Assembly: GCA_963708295.1 (NCBI GenBank)
Contig: CAVPSJ010000014.1
Span: 160,001 to 224,000, forward strand
Origin: an uncultured delta proteobacterium
Lineage (GTDB): Bacteria > Desulfobacterota > BSN033 > UBA1163
DNA length: 64,000 nt
Direction: 5' to 3'
Shown here: one piece after another, positions 10,278 to 20,090 of the stretch
Layout of the letters: every line of letters starts with the position of its first letter
Position numbering within the stretch: position 1 is the stretch's first letter
Notes under the pieces: generated by a model
The model's input: only the letters and a program-made list of their open reading frames with translations
What the model was told of the DNA's origin: nothing
Databases searched by the model: none
Translations under genes and position numbers: made by a program

Positions 10278-11525
10278 ATGGTCTCTCAGATTGTGGCGCC
10301 CAAACTGGGCATGAGCATGAGCGATGTGACGATCGTTGAATGGAGGGTGAAAGAGGGAGAAAAGGTTGAGAAAGGGACTGCCGTACTCGTCATCGAGACA
10401 GAGAAGACCGAGTGGAATGTTGAAGCCGGAGCCTCGGGCTTTCTTCATATTTTGGTCGAGGAAGGGGAGAAGGCTAAGATCGGACAAGTGGTCGGTCTGA
10501 TTGCAGAAACCAAGGAGGAGTTTGAAAAACTCCAGAAAGAGCCTCCGCCTCAAGCATTGGCGGCGGAGGTCAAAGCGGTCTCCCCCGCTGAAGCCGTTGG
10601 AGGGAAGCCCGAAGCGGATGGGGTTACAACAGGTGAAGGAGAGCGCATCCGCATCTCCCCTATCGCTCGGAAGATGGCAGAAGAGCAGATGATCGACATC
10701 ACGCGCGTCAAAGGGACCGGCCCTGATGGGAGAATTGTAAAAGAGGATATTGAAAAGGCTTTAGAAGAGCAGAAGAAGGTGTCAGTTCTTCCGGAAGAAG
10801 TAACCCGTGCTCTTTACCAGGGCAGGAAGTTGAAAGAGACGATTCCCCTTAAAGGAATGAGGAGAGTCATCGCTGAGAGGATGCATGGCAGCCTATCCGG
10901 TTCCGCTCAGTTGAGCTTCCTGGGTAAATTCGACGCCACTGAACTCATCCAGTTTCGAAAAGCTTTATTGAATCGCGAGAAGGCCATTGGAGTTAATATC
11001 ACTTACACAGAAATCCTGGTCTATACGATTGCACGGGCGCTGAAAGATCATCCCGATATCAATGTCAGTTTGATTGAGAATGAGATCAAGGTTTGGGAGG
11101 ATATTAACATAGGGGTTGCGGTCGCCTTGGGGAAACAGGGTTTGCTTGTGCCAGTGGTAAAACAGGCGGACAAGAAATCGCTGATTGAGATTTCTCAGGA
11201 AGTAAAAAGGTTGGTGGAGAAGGCGCGAGGCGGAAAGATCTTACCCGAAGAGGTAACCGGTGGAACGTTTACGCTAACCAGCATAGGAGCGATTGGGGTG
11301 AGTGATTATCAGACACCAGTCATTAATCAACCGGAGTCAGCGATCTTAGGAACCGGACCGATCAGGGATGAAGCTGTCGTGAAGAATGGTCAGATCGTGA
11401 TCGCCTCTATGATGCCATACAGTCTGACCATTGATCACAGGGTGATCAATGGTTTTGGAGCAGAGCAGTTCCTTGCAAGCTTAAAGGAACTGGTGGAAAC
11501 CACGGGCTTGCTTTTACTCAAATAG
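10278..11525 (+). CDS. acoC: Dihydrolipoamide acyltransferase E2
   Basis: Lipoyl domain ETEK, E3-binding GTGPDGRI, catalytic DHRVING. Confidence 0.9.
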   Translation: MVSQIVAPKLGMSMSDVTIVEWRVKEGEKVEKGTAVLVIETEKTEWNVEAGASGFLHILVEEGEKAKIGQVVGLIAETKEEFEKLQKEPPPQALAAEVKAVSPAEAVGGKPEADGVTTGEGERIRISPIARKMAEEQMIDITRVKGTGPDGRIVKEDIEKALEEQKKVSVLPEEVTRALYQGRKLKETIPLKGMRRVIAERMHGSLSGSAQLSFLGKFDATELIQFRKALLNREKAIGVNITYTEILVYTIARALKDHPDINVSLIENEIKVWEDINIGVAVALGKQGLLVPVVKQADKKSLIEISQEVKRLVEKARGGKILPEEVTGGTFTLTSIGAIGVSDYQTPVINQPESAILGTGPIRDEAVVKNGQIVIASMMPYSLTIDHRVINGFGAEQFLASLKELVETTGLLLLK

Positions 11526-11583
11526 GCCGGGAAATTGCAGTGAAAAAGCCATCGGGTGTGCTAGGAAAAGAAGGAGGAAAGAC

Positions 11584-12954
11584 GTGGAGGATCGGGATGT
11601 TGTGATCATAGGCGGTGGACCGGCTGGGTATACGGCAGCGATCCGAGTGGCGCAGCTTGGAGCAAAGGCAACGATTGTTGAGAAGGAAACGATTGGGGGG
11701 ATCTGTGTAAATCATGGATGTATTCCAACAGTGGCCTTAGCAAGAGCTGTTGAATTGCTTGAGATGGGGAAGAGTGCGAAGGACTACGGAATCACTTACC
11801 AAGACGTGAAAATTGATTTTCGGAGGATGATGAGCAAGAAGGAAGCGGTTGTAAAGACTCTTGTATCCGGTGTGAAGCAGATGTTGGAGGCTTACGGGGT
11901 TGAAGTCGTAGAGGGGACAGGACGGCTCATTTCATCATCGTTGATAGAGGTACATCTTAAGGACGGAACAAAGAAAGAACTGAAGGCTCGAAAGATCATC
12001 CTCTCGACAGGTTCTCGATACCCGAAAGCCTATTTTTCTGGAGGAGCGGAGAAGGTCATCAATCCAATAGAGGCCCTCAGACTGAAGGAAATCCCAAAAT
12101 CTATATTGATTGTGGGGGGAGGGTTCATCGGGGCAGGATTCGTGACGATATTTTCGAAATTAGGGGTTAACGTGAGTATCGTGGAAGAGTCGTCCCGGAT
12201 GCTCCCTCAAGTGGATAAGGAGATTGTCTTTATTCTTGAAAAGGAGTTTAAAGATAACGATATCCAAATATACTTGAAATCCCGGGTCATGAATGTAGCG
12301 TCAGAGAAAGAAGATGGTCTGAATATTCTGATCAATGTTAAAGGAGAAGAAATAACAGCAGGAGCCCAGTATGTATTGATGACCGAACCGAGAGAGGCCA
12401 ATATCGATGGGCTTGGCCTAAGGGAAGTAGGAGTGGAGCTGAACAAGAAGGGGGGGATTTTAGTTAACGAGCGAATGGAGACGAGCATCCCAGGGATATT
12501 GGCTGTGGGCGATGTCACGATGGAACACATGTGGACCACGGTAGCCTATTTCGAAGGAATTGCGGCGGCGGAGAATGCGATGGGCCAACATTCAAAGATT
12601 GATTACAGAGCGATTCCCTTATGGACGCATTCTATTCCTGAAATCTCATGTGTGGGGATGACCGAAGAGGAGGCGGTAGCGAAGGGATATCCAGTAAGGG
12701 TTGGGAGGTTTCCCTTCGCCGGGAATGGGATGGCAGCCATTTTGGGCCAGAGGAGGGGGATGGTCAAGGTGATTAAAGAGGAGCGCTATGGGGAGGTCTT
12801 AGGGGTTCATATGATTGGGCCACGGACAGGGGATCTTATAGCCGAAGCAGCCCTTGCGATGAGGATGGAGGGGACTTCAGGAGAGATTGCCAAGACATTC
12901 CATGTCCATCCTTCTCTTTCCGAGGTCCTGTGGGAAGCGGCCAGAGGGACTTGA
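11584..12954 (+). CDS. lpdA: Dihydrolipoamide dehydrogenase E3
   Basis: GGGPAG, GGICVNHGCIP redox disulfide, HPSLSE. Confidence 0.92.
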   Translation: MEDRDVVIIGGGPAGYTAAIRVAQLGAKATIVEKETIGGICVNHGCIPTVALARAVELLEMGKSAKDYGITYQDVKIDFRRMMSKKEAVVKTLVSGVKQMLEAYGVEVVEGTGRLISSSLIEVHLKDGTKKELKARKIILSTGSRYPKAYFSGGAEKVINPIEALRLKEIPKSILIVGGGFIGAGFVTIFSKLGVNVSIVEESSRMLPQVDKEIVFILEKEFKDNDIQIYLKSRVMNVASEKEDGLNILINVKGEEITAGAQYVLMTEPREANIDGLGLREVGVELNKKGGILVNERMETSIPGILAVGDVTMEHMWTTVAYFEGIAAAENAMGQHSKIDYRAIPLWTHSIPEISCVGMTEEEAVAKGYPVRVGRFPFAGNGMAAILGQRRGMVKVIKEERYGEVLGVHMIGPRTGDLIAEAALAMRMEGTSGEIAKTFHVHPSLSEVLWEAARGT

Positions 12955-13013
12955 TCGAGATGTGAATAACCATTTCTCAACAAGAGCCGCGGCATTGAAA
13001 TGGTGTTTGGAAG

Positions 13014-13655
13014 ATGTGCGAGATTTGGGATCTTGGGATAGTGGAATATCGGGAGGCTTGGAAGCTGCAGAGAGAGCTTCATCAGCAGAGAGTCGAGGGG
13101 AGGATCCCCGACCTCCTGCTGCTCTTGGAACATCCTCCGACCATCACCATTGGCAGGTCCGGCAGCCTGGATAACGTTCTCATTTCCAGCAAGCAAATGG
13201 TCCAGGCCGGTATCCCTCTTTTCTTCATTGATAGAGGAGGCGATGTCACCTATCATGGTCTTGGCCAGCTCGTGGGCTACCCTATTCTTGACCTGAGAGA
13301 GCAAGGGGGAGACCTTCACCTCTATGTTCAGAAGCTTGAAGAGGTCATGATACGAACCTTGCGAGATTTTTCGATTGAAGCGGATTTGGATGAGCGTCAC
13401 CCCGGGGTTTGGGTCAAGGGAGAAGAGATTGGTGCCATCGGACTGGGCGTAAAGAAATGGGTAAGCATGCATGGATTTGCGCTGAACGTCAACACCGACT
13501 TAGACCATTTTGCCTTTATCAATCCCTGCGGGTTTTCCGATAAGCGAGCGACATCCATGTCCGAAGTGATCGGGCGAAAAATATCGACGGTAGAGGTGGC
13601 AAACCCTCTAAAGTCGCATTTTTGCGATATCTTTGGTTTTTCGAGGTGCATCTGA
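13014..13655 (+). CDS. lipB: Lipoyl(octanoyl) transferase
   Basis: LEHPPTITIG, RGGDVTYHG, HGFALNV, PCG. Confidence 0.93.
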   Translation: MCEIWDLGIVEYREAWKLQRELHQQRVEGRIPDLLLLLEHPPTITIGRSGSLDNVLISSKQMVQAGIPLFFIDRGGDVTYHGLGQLVGYPILDLREQGGDLHLYVQKLEEVMIRTLRDFSIEADLDERHPGVWVKGEEIGAIGLGVKKWVSMHGFALNVNTDLDHFAFINPCGFSDKRATSMSEVIGRKISTVEVANPLKSHFCDIFGFSRCI

Positions 13656-13679
13656 CCAGGAGGGAGTCCACCGAGGAGA

Positions 13680-13790
13680 ATGAAGCTGCCCGCCCGCAGG
13701 GCGGGGCTTCCCGGAGAGGAAGTTTCGTTGATATTGTGCCCCTTGACCCTGCCTACAAGGCGGGGTTTGCGGGGCACGTTCCGGCCACAC
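13680..13790. repeat. GC-rich hairpin repeat related to the element at 19457-19666
   Basis: GCGGGGTTTGCGGGGCACGTTCCGGCC is a near reverse complement of GGCCGAAACGTGCCCCGCAAGCCCCGC at ~19483. Confidence 0.6.
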
Positions 13791-13993
13791 CGACAGAGAT
13801 TAGGGCTTAGCCCGGGGTCGTAGGAGAGCTGAAGGCTGTTGTGTGATGACAGGATGGGAAGAAAAACGGGCGTGTCCTGAACTTAATTCGGGATCTGATG
13901 ATTCCGGGATTTCGGTCTCAGGGTTAAACACGTTGGGTTTTAAAGCCCCGTCCTGTGGACCGAGTTCTTTGTTAAACGAAAGGAGGAATTAAG

Positions 13994-14626
13994 ATGGATC
14001 TATCCGAGGCGATTCAAAGAAGGGTAACGATCAGAAGGTGGAAACCGACGCCGGTGGAAAAAGAGAAAATTGTAAGGGTGTTGGAGGCGGGCAGGCGGGC
14101 GCCGTCCTGGGGAAACGTTCAGCCATGGCGATATATTGTAGTCCAGGATAAGGTTAAAATAGGCGAACTGGCAAAGGTTGCAGGTGGACAGCCGCACATT
14201 AGTACTGCTCCGGTTGTTATTGTTTGTTGTGGCTTAACGGAAGCCTTCTCTCAGAAGATGCATCGAGAGTCTTTGAAGCAGCTTATAGAAGCGGGTGTGA
14301 TGGACTGGCCAGACGAAGTTCTGGATCATGTCGTCCTGGGAAGCGATTTATTTGCGCCCTACCGTCTTGGAGAACAGGTGATGACCATCAAAGCGGGTGA
14401 ACAGATTATGATTTCTCTGGCCTATATGACCCTAGAGGCTGCCAATCAGGGTCTGGGGTGTTGTTGGATGGGAGCGATATCACCCAAAAATGCTCACCAA
14501 GTCATGAACTTGCCGAAAGACTTATTTGTCCATGATTTTTTTCTTTTGGGATATCCTGACGAGGATCCCAAGCCTAGACCGAGAAAGGAGCTTGACGAAA
14601 TCGTTTTCTGGGAGAAATACGGATGA
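13994..14626 (+). CDS. Nitroreductase family protein
   Basis: RRVTIRR, APSWGNVQPW, GLGCCWMG. Confidence 0.9.
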   Translation: MDLSEAIQRRVTIRRWKPTPVEKEKIVRVLEAGRRAPSWGNVQPWRYIVVQDKVKIGELAKVAGGQPHISTAPVVIVCCGLTEAFSQKMHRESLKQLIEAGVMDWPDEVLDHVVLGSDLFAPYRLGEQVMTIKAGEQIMISLAYMTLEAANQGLGCCWMGAISPKNAHQVMNLPKDLFVHDFFLLGYPDEDPKPRPRKELDEIVFWEKYG

Positions 14627-14817
14627 TCTGAATCTTCGAACAACGTTCCTCCCCTTCCATTTCCATTCTGCCCACCAGCAGTCATAGAAATGAGTGCCGA
14701 TCATTTGCGGATGACTCTTGCGGACACTCTTTGTGAGGCTTGGAATTGCGAATGGGTGACACAAATTGACTTCCCGGCCCTTCCTTCAGCATCTCTAAAT
14801 TATTAAAAATCACACAA

Positions 14818-14863
14818 TATCAACAGCTTATGCTCATCTTTTAGATTTGGCATTAAACGTGCA
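14818..14863 (+). promoter_or_regulatory. IHF site plus sigma54 (-24/-12) promoter
   Basis: TATCAACAGCTTA fits WATCAANNNNTTR (14818-14830); TGGCATTAAACGTGCA has correctly spaced GG/GC (14848-14863). Confidence 0.6.
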
Positions 14864-14903
14864 CTATCTCCCAATTAAAGAAAATCAATCAAAGGGGGAT
14901 ACC

Positions 14904-15050
14904 ATGGTTCAATATTTAGAGCTTGTTTTAAAGCGGGATTTAGCCTCTGTCTGGGGGCTGTTTTTTGGAAAAACATCGGGAATGGACAAAGAAGAGAAGA
15001 CTGAAAAGCCGGATTGGAAAGAGAAGGCTGGAAAGAATTGGTACTATTAA
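14904..15050 (+). CDS. Small hypothetical protein (48 aa)
   Basis: RBS AAGGGGG, ATG at 14904, downstream of the candidate sigma54 promoter. Confidence 0.5.
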   Translation: MVQYLELVLKRDLASVWGLFFGKTSGMDKEEKTEKPDWKEKAGKNWYY

Positions 15051-15366
15051 ACCTGCCTGATAGGCTTAATCCCGCCATTTCGAATAAGAAACTACTTCTC
15101 TTCAATTAGCATCGAACTCCTCTGGAAATGCCAGGACACCTCTTTCTCCCTTCAGCTTGATATTGGGCGCCATTCCTTTATCACAGATGGGTTATCTTCG
15201 TCAGGAAAGATTAGCCAAGGCATCGCGTAACCCTCCCCCTGGATGAACCTGACCGGCCACGGTTCCTCCATCCATTGCTTGCTTCGTTTGCCCCTTGTCT
15301 TGTACAATTGTTGCTGGTGAACCAAGTTTGCTCACCCCCCTTCTCGGCTTGAAAAAGAGAATTATC

Positions 15367-15395
15367 TTGACAAGAAATTGTATACAGTATACATT
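15367..15395 (+). promoter_or_regulatory. Sigma70 promoter overlapped by GntR-like operator ATTGTATACAGTATAC
   Basis: TTGACA-N17-TACATT; identical 16-mer on the minus strand at 55365-55380. Confidence 0.7.
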
Positions 15396-15529
15396 TTAAA
15401 GGTCCCTTTGATCTTAGATCTCTTGCATAATCCCTTTAAATCACTGTATATATTGCAAACCCTCAGTTTACATCCGAGAAAGTGTTCAACACATTGGAAG
15501 AGAAATAGAACCATAACCTGGAGGAACAC

Positions 15530-16501
15530 ATGAGGCTACCGCCGTTTCAGTATCTTGAACCTGCGAATGTGGAAGAAGCGCTGTCCATGATCAGTATCCA
15601 CAAAGAGACGGTAAAGATCATGGCAGGTGGAACGGATCTCTTGAATCGAATGAAGTTGAGGCTGATTGAGCCCGCCTTCGTCATGAATATCGGCAAGCTC
15701 AGGGAAATGGACGGGATAGTCATCGGCGACACCGAAACTGTCATTGGCGCTAACACGCGGCTGAAAGACATTGCCGGTGCGCCGCTCGTCAATAGAAGAT
15801 TCAGGGCGCTCGCGGAAGCCGCCTTCCAGGTGGCGTCACCGACGATCACCAACATGGCGACCATAGGCGGCAATCTCCTCCAAAACACACGATGCATGTA
15901 CTATGACCAGTCCGGAATGGTGCTCAACGGGCTCGAACGCTGTCACAAAAGGGGCGGAAGCGTATGTCTGGCCGTCAAAGGCAGTAAACGCTGCTTCAGT
16001 GTCTACCAGGGTGACGTGGCGCCGGCGCTCATCGCGTTCGATGCGCGGTGTGTCGTTGAAAAAAAAGGTTCAGCACGCACGGTCTCTATAACCGAGCTAT
16101 TTACCGGGAACGGAGCAACCCCCTTTGCCATGGGCGCCGATGAATTACTGACAAGGGTCATCATCCCTCAGCCCAAGGGCATTTACAGTTCTGCGTACCG
16201 GAAGTTGCGACTCCGGGGAAGCGTTGACTACCCGCTGGCGTCCGCGGCGGCTTTTGTCTCTGTCGCGAGCAACAGGAAGGTCACCACATGCCGCGTGGTT
16301 ATTGGCGCCGCTGGAGCTGCTCCGAAGGTGATTGACGGGGCGTCTTGCGAAGCCGATTTGGAGGGTATTGCTCAGAAGGCATACGATTATGCTGAAGGGG
16401 TTGATAATCTCAAAATGCCCGGTGCCTACCGGAGGAAGATGGCAAGCGTCCTGGCGAAACGGGCCATCAAGGCGGCCATCGACGATGTTCAGGGAAAATA
16501 A
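15530..16501 (+). CDS. hcrB: 4-hydroxybenzoyl-CoA reductase-like beta (FAD, extra [4Fe-4S]) subunit
   Basis: AGGTDL, ATIGGNL, then Cys insert RCMYY...CHK...C...C typical of HcrB. Confidence 0.8.
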   Translation: MRLPPFQYLEPANVEEALSMISIHKETVKIMAGGTDLLNRMKLRLIEPAFVMNIGKLREMDGIVIGDTETVIGANTRLKDIAGAPLVNRRFRALAEAAFQVASPTITNMATIGGNLLQNTRCMYYDQSGMVLNGLERCHKRGGSVCLAVKGSKRCFSVYQGDVAPALIAFDARCVVEKKGSARTVSITELFTGNGATPFAMGADELLTRVIIPQPKGIYSSAYRKLRLRGSVDYPLASAAAFVSVASNRKVTTCRVVIGAAGAAPKVIDGASCEADLEGIAQKAYDYAEGVDNLKMPGAYRRKMASVLAKRAIKAAIDDVQGK

Positions 16502-16502
16502 G

Positions 16503-16666
16503 TTATAGGGTTTATTGTGTTCATTGAGTTCTTTGGGTTAACGCAAGAAACACAATAAAGATGACAAACCCAACAAACTCAGAATCTGTTTTGGGTTTAT
16601 TGTGTCCGTTGGGTTTTTTTTGGTTAACACAACAAACACGACGAACTCAACAAACTCAATAAACTT
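16503..16666. repeat. Two tandem palindromic units built of degenerate 9-mers (AACTCAAYA / TRTTGAGTT)
   Basis: T/G-rich arm, central GGTTAAC, A/C-rich arm; the unit occurs twice. Confidence 0.6.
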
Positions 16667-16691
16667 GTGTGATATACGGAGGGGATGTGAC

Positions 16692-17171
16692 ATGAACGAG
16701 ATGAAGAAAACAGCCATAACCCTGACTGTAAATAACGAAACCTACGATATGGTGGCCTATCCCAACCGGACACTCCTCGAGGTACTCCGCGACGATCTCC
16801 ACCTCACCGGAACGAAAGAGAGTTGTGGCGAAGGAGTATGCGGCTCCTGCACGGTACTTGTTGACGGCACGCCGGTTCGCTCCTGCCTTACCCTCGCCGT
16901 CGCCGTACAAGGCAAAGAAATCACGACCATTGAAGGCCTCAGTGCAGGTGAAAAACTCCATCCCGTCCAGGAGGCCTTTGTGAACCACCATGCGATCCAG
17001 TGCGGATTCTGCAGCCCCGGCATGATACTGACCTCTTACGCGCTCCTCAAAGAAAACCCAAGGCCCACGGAGACCGAGATACGCCGCGCGATTTCCGGGA
17101 ACGTGTGCCGCTGCACGGGCTATGCGAAAATCGTCGAAGCCGTAAAATCACTCGCTGAGGAGGGGAAATAG
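16692..17171 (+). CDS. hcrC: Mo-hydroxylase 2x[2Fe-2S] small subunit (HcrC-like)
   Basis: GTKESCGEGVCGSCTV, QCGFC, GNVCRCTGY. Confidence 0.88.
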   Translation: MNEMKKTAITLTVNNETYDMVAYPNRTLLEVLRDDLHLTGTKESCGEGVCGSCTVLVDGTPVRSCLTLAVAVQGKEITTIEGLSAGEKLHPVQEAFVNHHAIQCGFCSPGMILTSYALLKENPRPTETEIRRAISGNVCRCTGYAKIVEAVKSLAEEGK

Positions 17172-17174
17172 GCC

Positions 17175-19454
17175 ATGGAAAAGTTCTCCTATATCGGAAA
17201 AGATACGAAACGGATCGACACGGCCTCCAAGGCAACGGGTGAAGCCCTCTTCGCGGCAGACCTTGCACTACCCCGGATGCTCGTCGGAAAGGTGCTCAGA
17301 TCCCCCCATGCCCACGCGCGGATCGTGGCGATCGATACCGCAAAGGCGGAAAAACTCCCCGGCGTCAAAGCCGCCATCACCGCGAAGGATACTTGCGGCG
17401 ACAAGTGGGGTGTTTTTAAATACACCCAGGACCAGCAGTTTCTTCCCACCGAGAAGGTCCGTTATGTGGGTGAAGAGGTCGCCGCGGTGGCCGCCGTTGA
17501 CGAAGACACAGCGCTGGAGGCGCTCTCGCTCATTGACGTTACCTACGAAGTACTCCCGGCGGTCTATACCATCGAGGATGCGCTGGCGCCCGGCGCCCCT
17601 CAGCTCCATGACGTCTATCCCAATAACATCAATGTCCACGTCGTCATTGACGTGGGAGACGTTGAAAAAGGTTTCACCGGCTCCTATCTCGTCAGGGAAG
17701 ATACCTTTACCGCCCCGGAAGATTCTTATTTCCAGGGGGAACCCTACGCGGTGGCGGCGCAGTTCGACCACGCGGGAAACCTTGAAATATGGATGCCTAA
17801 CGCCGGGCCCCATCTGAAGGCAAAACCCCTCTCGAATGTGCTCAAGATCCCTCTCAACAAGGTCAGGGTACGCAAAATCACCATCGGTGGCGCCTTCGGA
17901 GGCCGTTCTGAAATATCTCCTGCCGACGTGATCTGTGCGTTCCTCGCGAAGAAGGCCCAACGGCCGGTCAAGATCGTCTACACCCGGGAAGAAAACACAG
18001 TCTGCACGCGACAGGCGCACTCGATGATCACCAAGATAAAAACCGGCGTCGATAAAGAGGGCAGGGTTGTGGCCCGTGACATTACCTGTCACATGGACGG
18101 CGGCGCATACAGCTCCACGGGCCCCATCGCGACCTCCGTGCCGTTCCTCTGCATGGAACAGGCCTACCGGATGGAGAACGTCCGGTATAACGGCTACCGG
18201 ATCCTCACGAACAAGCCTATCCGGGGTATGTTCCGCACCCACGGCAGGGCCTTTGCCTGCGGCGTTGACGTCCAGCTCGACATGATCGGCGAAGCGATGG
18301 GAATCGACCCGCTGACGATGCGGCTTCGCAACGCCAGGCAGACCGGGGACACCACGCCGACGAAGTCCTATGTGGCAAGCTGTGGCCTGACGGAAACGAT
18401 TGAGAAAACGGGTAAGATGTCGCGGTGGACAGAGAAATTCGGGAAACTGCCGCCCTACCATGGCATTGGTATTGGCTGCAATTCAGTACAGACCGGTTTC
18501 CCCATGGGGATCAGGGGTGGGTCGCAGGCCTTTATTAAACTCAACGAAGACGGCGGCGTGACGGTGATTACCGGCATCGTCGATAATGGCCAGGGCAATG
18601 ACCACATGATCGTCCAGATCGCCGCGGAAGAACTGGGACTTACCCCCGATGACGTGCAGCTCATCACTGCCGATACGGAAGTGACCCCCAGCGACCCCGG
18701 CTCGTACTCGATGTGCGAGACCTTCATCGGAGGGAACGCGGTGCGCCTTGCCGCGCAGGATGTGAAGAAGAAACTTTTCAGGATCGCCGCTGGTGAGTTT
18801 GGTGTCAGCGAGGAGGAGCTGAGCGCGAGGAACCGGAAGATCTTTGTAACGAATAACCCCCAACAAACGATGAGCATCACAAAGGCGGTCCGGATCGCGC
18901 TTTCTCGCAACGAATCGATCAGCGGAGAAGGCTCCTACTGGCCCAACGTGGACGGGAAACGCGAATGGGTCAAGAACCCCTACGGCCAGCTCTCGGAGAC
19001 CTTCTCTTTCGGCACCGTCATCTGCGAGGTGAAGGTCGATCCCGAGACGGGCCAGGTGGAGGTATTGGAGGTGACGGCGTCACAGGACGTGGGCTACGCG
19101 CTCAACCCGAAGGTCATCGAAGGACAGTTTGAAGGTGGCGTCGCTATGGGAGGCCAAGGCGGAATGCTCACGGAATACCTCCAGTGGCATGAGGGCAGGG
19201 TGTTGACCCCTACGCAGCTCGGCTATCTCGTGCCCCTCGCCATCGATATGCCGAAGATCAATAATATCATCGTTGAGACCATCGACCCCAACGGCCCTTA
19301 CGGCGCGAAAGAGGCGGGCATGTCCGTCGCCATGAGCGCGGCGCAGGCCTACTGCGGCGCAATCTCCAATGCGGTGGGCGTCTCCTTCCACGAGTATCCC
19401 ATTACGCCGGATAAAATACTGAAGGCCATCGAAGAGAAAAAGAAGCGAGGATGA
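17175..19454 (+). CDS. Xanthine dehydrogenase-family molybdopterin large subunit (HcrA-like, atypical motifs)
   Basis: RSPHAHARI, IGGAFGGR, GQG, GPYGAKEAG; RTHG replaces RG(Y/F)G. Confidence 0.85.
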   Translation: MEKFSYIGKDTKRIDTASKATGEALFAADLALPRMLVGKVLRSPHAHARIVAIDTAKAEKLPGVKAAITAKDTCGDKWGVFKYTQDQQFLPTEKVRYVGEEVAAVAAVDEDTALEALSLIDVTYEVLPAVYTIEDALAPGAPQLHDVYPNNINVHVVIDVGDVEKGFTGSYLVREDTFTAPEDSYFQGEPYAVAAQFDHAGNLEIWMPNAGPHLKAKPLSNVLKIPLNKVRVRKITIGGAFGGRSEISPADVICAFLAKKAQRPVKIVYTREENTVCTRQAHSMITKIKTGVDKEGRVVARDITCHMDGGAYSSTGPIATSVPFLCMEQAYRMENVRYNGYRILTNKPIRGMFRTHGRAFACGVDVQLDMIGEAMGIDPLTMRLRNARQTGDTTPTKSYVASCGLTETIEKTGKMSRWTEKFGKLPPYHGIGIGCNSVQTGFPMGIRGGSQAFIKLNEDGGVTVITGIVDNGQGNDHMIVQIAAEELGLTPDDVQLITADTEVTPSDPGSYSMCETFIGGNAVRLAAQDVKKKLFRIAAGEFGVSEEELSARNRKIFVTNNPQQTMSITKAVRIALSRNESISGEGSYWPNVDGKREWVKNPYGQLSETFSFGTVICEVKVDPETGQVEVLEVTASQDVGYALNPKVIEGQFEGGVAMGGQGGMLTEYLQWHEGRVLTPTQLGYLVPLAIDMPKINNIIVETIDPNGPYGAKEAGMSVAMSAAQAYCGAISNAVGVSFHEYPITPDKILKAIEEKKKRG

Positions 19455-19456
19455 GA

Positions 19457-19666
19457 AGGGTGAACCCCATCAGAAAGTCTTCGGCCGAAACGTGCCCCGC
19501 AAGCCCCGCCCTTATATGGGCGGGGAGCTTCACTTTCCAACGGGACGACTCACATGGGGCTTTGTACCACGTGTTGGCTCAGAAAGGAAGCTTATTTTCG
19601 TCCCCGCTACAAGCCCTGCACCGCATGGTGTACAGGGCAAGCAGCGGGCTTTCTAACGGGGTGAAC
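19457..19666. repeat. Palindromic MITE-like element with ends ACCCCRTYAGAAAG / CTTTCTAACGGGGT
   Basis: Inverted ends, GGGTGAACC at both boundaries; the same GGGCTTTCTAACGGGGT end occurs at ~34383. Confidence 0.6.
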
Positions 19667-19667
19667 C

Positions 19668-20090
19668 ATGAAAATAGAGAAGATCGATCATATCTGTTTC
19701 GCTGTGAAAGATCTTGAAAAAACGAAAAAGGCATACCAAGAAGATTTTGGGTTAATCCCAACCTATGAATATATTGCAGAATCAGAAAAGATCAAAGTCG
19801 CCAGGTATTCTATCGGTGAGGTTGCGGTGGAGTTTATGGAATCCACTGCGCCGGATGGAGAAGTTGCTAAATTCATCGAGAGCAGAGGTGAAGGTGCCTA
19901 CCTGATAGCCTATAAAGTAGATGATCTTTCAAAGGCAATGGAGGAACTCAAAGATAAAAATGTCAAACTCATCGATCGTCAGCCCAGGGAGCTCTTCGGG
20001 ACCCGATATGCCTTCGTACACCATCCCAATAAGCTTCACGGCGTGCTTACCGAACTTCTGGAAGGGGATTTCGATATAAACAAGCAATAA
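19668..20090 (+). CDS. VOC family protein, methylmalonyl-CoA epimerase-like
   Basis: KIDHICFAVKDLE, AKFIESRGEG, FVHHP..HGVLTEL. Confidence 0.8.
   Translation: MKIEKIDHICFAVKDLEKTKKAYQEDFGLIPTYEYIAESEKIKVARYSIGEVAVEFMESTAPDGEVAKFIESRGEGAYLIAYKVDDLSKAMEELKDKNVKLIDRQPRELFGTRYAFVHHPNKLHGVLTELLEGDFDINKQ

Noticed and set aside
16503-16666. Possible CRISPR array
   Set aside because: Degenerate short tandem repeats without unique spacers; no cas genes
19451-19717. Short ORFs over repeat elements (also 21282-21593, 46063-46443, 59272-59568, 57440-57796)
   Set aside because: Translations of MITE/REP sequences, not genes
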